Positions 1 to 7,400 of a stretch of DNA of 64,000 bases are shown here, one piece after another. A program made the translations under genes and the position numbers. The notes under the pieces were generated by a model. The model saw only the letters and a list, made by a program, of their open reading frames with translations, ran no database searches and was not told the origin of the DNA. Positions within the stretch are counted from its first letter, which is position 1, and every line of letters starts with the position of its first letter. Origin of the DNA: a virus; the IMG/VR virus record IMGVR_UViG_3300028197_001952, positions 1 through 64,000 of that record. The stretch is one strand, 5' to 3'.

Positions 1-956
1 AGATTATCAATTGATGTACCACTATCACCACCACGAACAGGAAGATAGAAATCTTCTGTTAGGTTTTGCATATTGTACTTTAAATTATAATCACCAGTAT
101 TTCTATCAACAAAAGGAACTTTCTTCATTTTGTTAATAATTCTTTGCATATAGTTATCAACTTCTGTTGGAGGGATATTACCAATATCAATTTTGAAAAC
201 TCTCTTTTCAGGTGCTCTCATGATTCTGTGAATCAACATTGCATCTTCCATAAGAGATAATTGTTTCCACAATCTTCTAGCATTTTCAATCATTGATTTT
301 CCATATGGTAACCAGTTTGTATCTGCTAATAATCTAAAATGTGCAATTTCAAAATTTTCATATTCTTCCTTACCATTTGGGTCTTCAGTTATTTTGAACT
401 TAACTGAGTTTGGGTTGGTTGGGTCTGTTCTTTCTAATCTTTCTGTGTTGTAAACTGAATGAGGTGTTACGTTAACAATACCTTTGCCTTCTCCTACTTC
501 TAAACCTAAGAAGAAATCACCATACTTACACATATTTCTTACCCATGGCCATAAGTTGAATTCAACATTAAGGATATCATAGAATAAGTTATTTAAAATA
601 TCTTGTACTTTTTCATTATCAGAGTGAACCATAAGAGTATCACCAAATTCATTCTTTAGTGTAGATTCATCTGCGTATATATCAAGAGCCGATGCTAATA
701 TTGGGTCGTTATCCATTGCATCGTAATCTCTGAAAACTTCTCTACGAACTTGTTGGTATGCCATTGATTGTGCACCACCTGCTTGTTCGAAGAAACTTTT
801 TTGTATCTTCGTGTATCTATCTCTTAACGAGGATAGATTTGTTTGTTGTCTTTCATCACCATCAAAAACTTTTCTTTTACCATCCTTATCAACCGTTACG
901 ATTGCCTTGGTACGAAAGAGTTTTGTTAAACGTCCGAAAAATGAAGTATCTGCCAT
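1..956 (-). CDS. Portal protein (T4 gp20-like), truncated by window start
   Basis: Not in the ORF track because it runs off the window. Manual translation from ATG at 956 gives MADTSFFGRL...YDAMDNDPILASALDIYADES...EDAMLIHRIMRAPEKRVFKIDIGNIPP...EDFYLPVRGG, matching gp20 portal motifs; lies close to the terminase. Confidence 0.93.
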   Translation of the reverse strand, partial: MADTSFFGRLTKLFRTKAIVTVDKDGKRKVFDGDERQQTNLSSLRDRYTKIQKSFFEQAGGAQSMAYQQVRREVFRDYDAMDNDPILASALDIYADESTLKNEFGDTLMVHSDNEKVQDILNNLFYDILNVEFNLWPWVRNMCKYGDFFLGLEVGEGKGIVNVTPHSVYNTERLERTDPTNPNSVKFKITEDPNGKEEYENFEIAHFRLLADTNWLPYGKSMIENARRLWKQLSLMEDAMLIHRIMRAPEKRVFKIDIGNIPPTEVDNYMQRIINKMKKVPFVDRNTGDYNLKYNMQNLTEDFYLPVRGGDSGTSIDN

Positions 957-989
957 TTGTATTTATTTTTTAATTTATAACCTTTATTA

Positions 990-1382
990 TTACCATTTTC
1001 TACAAGACCAATATCTTGCTTTATGTTTTGGTCCAGGTGAATCACAATTGTGTCTTGCTCTGAAAGCTTTTCTTGCATCTGGATTATTCTTTCTAATCGA
1101 CATTGTTTTTTCTCCTGATTTCTTTGCGGAGCTTCCACCATGTCCAAAGTTCACCTTTACTACATTTCCTTTGGGGTTATTAACATATACTTTAAACTTT
1201 TTAACATCACCTTGCATTGGTTTACCAAGTTTAACTGTCCTACCTTGATACTCAGCTTCGTTTATGTCAGATTTATATTCTTTCATAAATTCAGTAAATT
1301 CTTTTACATCTTGATAGTTCTCTACTGTGTATTCTTCACAGTATTCTTGACTTTCTACTAATAAATTATATAATGATATCAT
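990..1382 (-). CDS. Small basic phage protein with an acidic N-terminal propeptide-like region; possible internal head protein
   Basis: 130 aa; acidic N-terminus ending DINE|AEYQG, then a basic domain ending RKAFRARHNC...KARYWSCRKW; between terminase and portal, with its own upstream ATATTTATA motif. Confidence 0.7.
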   Translation of the reverse strand: MISLYNLLVESQEYCEEYTVENYQDVKEFTEFMKEYKSDINEAEYQGRTVKLGKPMQGDVKKFKVYVNNPKGNVVKVNFGHGGSSAKKSGEKTMSIRKNNPDARKAFRARHNCDSPGPKHKARYWSCRKW

Positions 1383-1400
1383 AGTTGTTTTGTTCTATAC

Positions 1401-1409
1401 TATAAATAT
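1401..1409 (-). promoter_or_regulatory. ATATTTATA motif (putative phage late promoter)
   Basis: 18 nt upstream of the 1382 start; the same 9-mer recurs before at least 10 gene starts. Confidence 0.6.
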
Positions 1410-1413
1410 AGAG

Positions 1414-3003
1414 TTATTTAATTAACCACGTTAGGTCTTCGTTTGTATCACCAACCCTCATTTTCCATGGGTTTTCATCCATAGAATCGTTACCTCCAAA
1501 TCCACTAGCCAATCCCTCGGTAGCTTGTCCTATCCCACCTAATGCCTGTTTGGTTAAATCCACTCCCTCTTGTCTTAATCGAAGTGCAGTATCTCTAACC
1601 CATAATCCAATTGATAATGACATTGTTAAATCATCATTATATCCTTTCATTCCTTCTGCTCGATTGCCATTCCATATAAAAGTAAATAATTCTTCTATCA
1701 ATCTAGAAGAACGTATCGTTACTGATTTTTCTCTGATATATTGTTCCAATTTAGAAATAATCAAAGGTCTAGTTTTAGCTGTTGTAGAAAAACCAGGCAC
1801 CATTCCACGTTCTTCTGCTCTGTATTTATTATGTAATTGATTTTCTACATCAACATATTTTAAATCTTTACTCATATAAAATAAGTTCTGATATGACCTA
1901 TCTATTACTTGTTGAATTACTGCCCAACCAATATTTGCGTTTTCTATTACTAACAATGCTTGATTATATTCAGTTGAAAGAGATACCAAGAAATTTCCAA
2001 AATCTTTTGTATCTAATTTTCCTTTATATTCTGCAACTTGTGTTGATTCTTCAATATCAATCACATGACATGCAGAATAATCTCCTCCATCTCCACGAGC
2101 AACATCCGCTACTACCATATAAGATTTTGTATAGTTTGGATATTCCCATTTCCATAGGTTTCCATCAAATCCAGTTTTTTCAATTGGTTCTTGTACATAT
2201 GTTTCTTTATAAAACATTAAAAGTTGAGGATCTATTACTGTATCACCAGAAGAAACAAAATCACAATCACATTCTTGTGCTGCTCCTTTTGGTCCTAATA
2301 AAACCTCCTGCTCATCTCTCCATGATTGGTCTCTTTCAGGATGAACACTCCAATGTAATCTAATTGTATTGAATGTATTTGTTTCATCTTCTGCACCTAC
2401 CCAAGTTTTGTGAAAGAAATTTCCTACACCATTTGGAGTTGATAAGATAATTGCGTTACCACCCGTTGATAATGTAGATTGGGATGATACCCATATATCT
2501 TCAATCTTATCAATAAAAGCTGCTTCATCAAATACCAAAAGGGATAGTGCTTCAGAACGACCAGCATCTCCTGCTGCAGAAGTTGCTTTTATCTGAGAAC
2601 CATTCGAGTATCTTAAGGATAGTTTGTTATCCTCTACTGTGTTTTGTTTTAACCACGATGGTAAGTACTGATTCATTACACGAACCTTCGTTACAAGGTT
2701 CTTAGCAACTTCTTGTTTGGTTGCAATTACTAATACGTTAAAATCTTGATTGAATAACATTTTCCAAAGTGAAAATCCAGCAGTTAAGGTAGAGATACCT
2801 GTTTGTCTGGATTTAAGGATGATGTTGTATCTATGTTCTGCGAATTGGTCTAAAGTTCTTTCTTGAAATTCATATAAATGAAATGGAATCTTACCACGAA
2901 CTGGATGTTGAATCATACAATACTTTTTCATAAAGTAGATTGGATCTCCAGCACATTTCTGATATTCAAGTTTTATTATATCCTTGAGTGATTGTTTAGC
3001 CAT
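1414..3003 (-). CDS. terL: Terminase large subunit (T4 gp17-like)
   Basis: Walker A-like KSRQTGIS, Walker B LLVFDEAAF, coupling motif STPNG, RNase H-fold nuclease motifs VADVARG and NDDL. Confidence 0.95.
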   Translation of the reverse strand: MAKQSLKDIIKLEYQKCAGDPIYFMKKYCMIQHPVRGKIPFHLYEFQERTLDQFAEHRYNIILKSRQTGISTLTAGFSLWKMLFNQDFNVLVIATKQEVAKNLVTKVRVMNQYLPSWLKQNTVEDNKLSLRYSNGSQIKATSAAGDAGRSEALSLLVFDEAAFIDKIEDIWVSSQSTLSTGGNAIILSTPNGVGNFFHKTWVGAEDETNTFNTIRLHWSVHPERDQSWRDEQEVLLGPKGAAQECDCDFVSSGDTVIDPQLLMFYKETYVQEPIEKTGFDGNLWKWEYPNYTKSYMVVADVARGDGGDYSACHVIDIEESTQVAEYKGKLDTKDFGNFLVSLSTEYNQALLVIENANIGWAVIQQVIDRSYQNLFYMSKDLKYVDVENQLHNKYRAEERGMVPGFSTTAKTRPLIISKLEQYIREKSVTIRSSRLIEELFTFIWNGNRAEGMKGYNDDLTMSLSIGLWVRDTALRLRQEGVDLTKQALGGIGQATEGLASGFGGNDSMDENPWKMRVGDTNEDLTWLIK

Positions 3004-3005
3004 TA

Positions 3006-3710
3006 TTATTTTTTCTTCTTAAATGAAATTTTCCAATACATAGAACCACCGATGTAAGGTTGTATAGTACTATTTACATTTAATGCACCAATATCCAATC
3101 CCCACATTTTATCTTGCTTATCTTTATATAAAAGGCCAAACTTTGCATTGTTTATAAAGTTAGTTTGGTCAAATCCAGCACCAACACCATAATAGAATAC
3201 TCGTTTAGGTAATTCCTTTACTACTTTTGTATTGTATATTGTAGGAACTTGAAAATTCCATATAACATCTCTACTTACTATTTGATTTTGAGATATAGTA
3301 TCAGTAAGAATACCAAATCCTAAAGTTGGGTTCGGTTTTGTTCCCATTGAATCAATTACAATTTCAGGAGCAAACTCATAAGTTAGTTTTAAAGTATCTT
3401 TAACTACATACTTTGAATAATAATCTTCTATTATTTTAAGAGAATCAACATCTGCTGGAATCTCTACTATTTTTTCAACTACTCTATCTACATACTTAGG
3501 TACATATTTTTTTACTTCTACAATTTTATTAATAAAAACAGTATCTATTTTTTGTTCTAATAGTTCATAGTCTTTTCCATCTACTTTTACTAAATTTTTT
3601 GCAGATTCTCCATCACCACTACATGCTCGCATCAATAGTATAACAACTATTAACCCTATTATTAGTATTTCCTTGAAATACTTTGATAAAATTTTAAAGA
3701 TAATGTTCAT
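3006..3710 (-). CDS. Membrane-anchored or exported protein (possible lipoprotein or spanin-like lysis protein)
   Basis: N-terminal hydrophobic helix ILIIGLIVVILLMRAC with a Cys; C-terminal amphipathic beta-strands ending YWKISFKKKK. Confidence 0.5.
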   Translation of the reverse strand: MNIIFKILSKYFKEILIIGLIVVILLMRACSGDGESAKNLVKVDGKDYELLEQKIDTVFINKIVEVKKYVPKYVDRVVEKIVEIPADVDSLKIIEDYYSKYVVKDTLKLTYEFAPEIVIDSMGTKPNPTLGFGILTDTISQNQIVSRDVIWNFQVPTIYNTKVVKELPKRVFYYGVGAGFDQTNFINNAKFGLLYKDKQDKMWGLDIGALNVNSTIQPYIGGSMYWKISFKKKK

Positions 3711-4350
3711 AATTTTTTTCCCTTAATTCTTCGAAGACGTTTTCTCTATTTGTTTCGAGTTCTTCTATTTCCTTATTACCAATATCAATCATTTCTTGTA
3801 TTTCAGCTTTTACTTCATCTACTGATTTTGGTAATTTCCATTTTTCAACAGTACCATCTTCATTAACATAATCATATTCTTCTTTAACTTCGGTAAGAGA
3901 GTGTTTTAGTTCTTCTAGTTTTTGTTTCCCATAAACAATCATCTTAGTCCAAATCTTATAATTCTGATAAGGAACAAATACTCCTTCTACTCTAAGAACA
4001 GTTTCTTTTTCAGCAGTACAAGTCATACAAAATCCTCCATTTTGGATAAATCTTATATCGTTATCTGTTTTCTTTACAGTTTTACACGTAGCGTTTTTAC
4101 AATTATTCTTTTCTTGAAGATATTTTCTTATTTTTTGGAATGCTTCGTGATTTTTACCTGTTTTTAATGTATATCCTTCCTTCTTTTCGAATTTATGATT
4201 TTCATCTTCCCACTTATCTCCTATATTACGAGATTCTTTTGCTTTAGTATATCCAACAGTAGTATTTTTATCATACTCACCTGTTTCAACCATATCAACC
4301 AACTTTCTTCTAGTTGGATGCATATATTTCTTTTTGAATTCTTTACTCAT
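3694..4350 (-). CDS. Hypothetical protein with Cys cluster and C-terminal coiled coil
   Basis: 218-aa ORF with CKNATC and CMTC; upstream ATATTTATA motif. Confidence 0.65.
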   Translation of the reverse strand: MSKEFKKKYMHPTRRKLVDMVETGEYDKNTTVGYTKAKESRNIGDKWEDENHKFEKKEGYTLKTGKNHEAFQKIRKYLQEKNNCKNATCKTVKKTDNDIRFIQNGGFCMTCTAEKETVLRVEGVFVPYQNYKIWTKMIVYGKQKLEELKHSLTEVKEEYDYVNEDGTVEKWKLPKSVDEVKAEIQEMIDIGNKEIEELETNRENVFEELREKNYEHYL

Positions 4351-4378
4351 TGTTACACATTAGGTTATACTTGTTATA

Positions 4379-4387
4379 TATAAATAT
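4379..4387 (-). promoter_or_regulatory. ATATTTATA motif (putative phage late promoter)
   Basis: 28 nt upstream of the 4350 start. Confidence 0.6.
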
Positions 4388-4411
4388 ATAAAAATGAAGA
4401 AACCGATAATT

Positions 4412-7400
4412 TTAGAAGAAAATACCGAGTATCTGATTTACAGATGCAAACGTTCCTGTTAACTTAAAGGTATTACCACCATAAACAAATACAATACCTT
4501 CATTTGGTACAATTTTCTTAGAACCACCAATAGATTGTAATCTACCAAGTTCTAATTTAAGTTTTTCTATCTTTTTTGGGTCACCTGATTTCTTAACATC
4601 TTTGATTGTCTTATCAATTCGTTTCTTTATATCACGAACTGCCTTATCAGGATTAACTGTTAGTGCAGATGAGGTAAACTCTAACACTTCTGCACCCAAA
4701 CCTAAGAATATTTGTTCAAACTTCATTAAGTTATTCTTACCAATCTTCTTTTGGTCATCTTTATCTGTTTTCTTAGCCCATTCTAATGTTTTTTCATCAG
4801 TAATGTTCTTTTTATCCAATCTAAACTTCTTATCAAAGAATGCCCATCTCTTAACTAACCCCATTTTGGTTTTATTATCAAGTGATGTGGGTGAATTCTT
4901 ATCAACCCATTGTGACCACCATGCTTGATGGTAATCAGCAACACCATCGGTATCCTTTAAACTAAATTCTTTCTGTAATTTAGATATCTGTGATGAGTAT
5001 TTGGATTTACTCTTACTTAAACTTTGTGATTTGGGTAAATTAACTACAGGTGGTCCTTGAATAGTGTAATTATCTTGTACATCTTTGTTTACTTGTTTAA
5101 TCATACCAGCTAATATTCTAGCTGCATCACCATTCTCTCCAATTGCGATTCCATCCATATTAAATTCCATAGTTCCATGAAATACCAATAATGCTTGTCC
5201 ATAAGGAATCACATTAACTGATGTTGGGTATATTACCTCAAGATTCATGAAACATGCACCTTGTTTGAATACTTTATCTCTTTGTTTTTCAGATAATGAT
5301 TTAATAGAATCTGAAAGGTCTTTCATTGCAAAGTTATATGCTTTTTCTAATTCACCTCTACCAGCAAATTTATCAGCAACTGCTTTAATATCTAAAGCAT
5401 TCTCACCTTTGTTCTTTAAGTGTCCTTTATTTCTTGCTGCTACTAATCTTCCATCTCTCCATGAAATAGCTAGTGCTTGGCCATCTGTTTTTTCTCTTGT
5501 GAACTCTAATGTACCTTCTAAAGCACGATTTACGATATCTTTAAGTTGTCCAAAGGTTAAATTGATATCAGTATCAAATGGATGAGACATATGCCCATAC
5601 GCACCACCTTCTTGAAGTAATTTAGATTCATTTATGTTTTCGTTGATTAGTTGTTGTGGTGTTTTAGTGTTTGGTATAAACATTTCAACTAACTTATTAT
5701 CAATATCACTTATTAACTGTTCTATTTCATTCATAAACTTTTCTTTTTCCTTATTTTTTATCCACACTCCCATTTCAGGTCCTTTAATATCAGATGGTAC
5801 ATCTTTTCCGCCAACAGATAATTTAAACTTTATGAATTTTTTCATATCCTTACCTATAATTTTACCAAACTTAATAATTTGTTCATCAGAAAGTGAAGTT
5901 TTATTTTGTAGTTTCTTAAATATTACAATTTCTTCTGATTTGAAGTGCTGTAGTGATACTAAAAATACAATATTATTTCTCTCATCATTGGTATAAGTTA
6001 ATTTGTTTAATTGTTTTCCTAATACAGATGGAGCATTCTTCTTAAGTAGTGATGAAATGAATAGAATATAATCATTATCCTTGATATAAGGTTTAGATAT
6101 CTTAAGATTTGGGAATATTAGTGAAGTAAATCCAATCTTATCATTCAACTCCATATACTTTTTAGTATCTTTAGCTGATTTAATTGATTTTATCACTTCA
6201 TCTCTCACTCTTTCATAACTAACTCCTTTTAGTGATGGATCCTTTTGTAATGCATCAAGTAATTCTTTATCTAAGTTTCCACCCAATCTTGCTTGGAATC
6301 TTAGAGCTCTTAATTTTCTCAATGGGTCTTCATCGAATCTCTCTGATGCCTTACCAACTGTTCTGATGTTTTTCTTTTTTAAATCTTTTATACCACCAAC
6401 TAAATCTACAATCTCTTTTCTATCTATATCATAAAACAAAGCATTGATAGTTAAATCTCTTCTTTTTACATCACCTTCAATATCTGTATAGTCAACAGCG
6501 GAAGGTCTTCTACCTTTACCAATATCTTTTCTAAATGTTGCAATCTCATGTCCACCAACTATTACAACTCCAAATGATTTTCCAACTTCAACGGTTTTCA
6601 TTCCTAAATCTTTTGCAATCTTTAACACCTCATCTGGTTTTGCATCTGTTGCTAAATCAAAATCCTTTGGTGATTTACCAAGTATCGCATCTCTTACTGC
6701 ACCACCCACCACATAAAGTTTCTTACCATTCTTTTTAAAAGCTTTTTGGATTTTAATAATATCAGATGGAACTTTAAGTTTCAATGTATTCTCACCCAAT
6801 CTTTGCAATCCTGCAGGTGGTGGTGTTAGTGGGTCATAACCAAAACATCTATTTCTATAATCTTGTTCTGATTCATTTGGTAATCTTTTACATTGTTCAT
6901 CTAAACCACTTCTATCGTGTTTAGAGAATTTACCTAATTTATCGAATGCTCTGAATGATTTTAGTTTATTTACTTTTTTAGGTGTCATTACAGATAGTTG
7001 TTTATATCTCATATGGTTTTTAACAATGTAAAATACATTTGCTGGATTACCACCAACGGATTCTATAAACTTTTTATACTTCTTTACTAAAGATGCAGAT
7101 ACTTTCTCATGTCCAAAGTGTGTAATGTGTCCTTTCTTTGGATGAATACCAGCAGTTTCATCTTTTCCTATATCATGGAACATTGCTGCAATTGCAATAT
7201 CAATATCATCTTCTTTGATTGAACGATTTACAACTACGATTGTGTGTTTAAGTACATTACCTTCAGGATGTTTATCTACTCTTTGACCGAAGTTCTTTAG
7301 ATTGTAAACTCTTTTTTGTAAATCCGAAGGCATCTTTTTGAATAAAGATTTGAAATCTGTGATTCCTAAATCTTTTAATCCTTCTTTGATTGGTTCATAT

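Noticed and set aside
926-1147. 73-aa minus-strand ORF, and similar nested alternate-frame ORFs (31932, 47515, 47788, 48615, 59869)
   Set aside because: They overlap better-supported genes in another frame and show no motifs.
1414-3003. Intein or intron in terminase, or an intein in the polyprotein
   Set aside because: Terminase is normal length with contiguous motifs; no intein splice-junction or LAGLIDADG motifs were seen in either protein.
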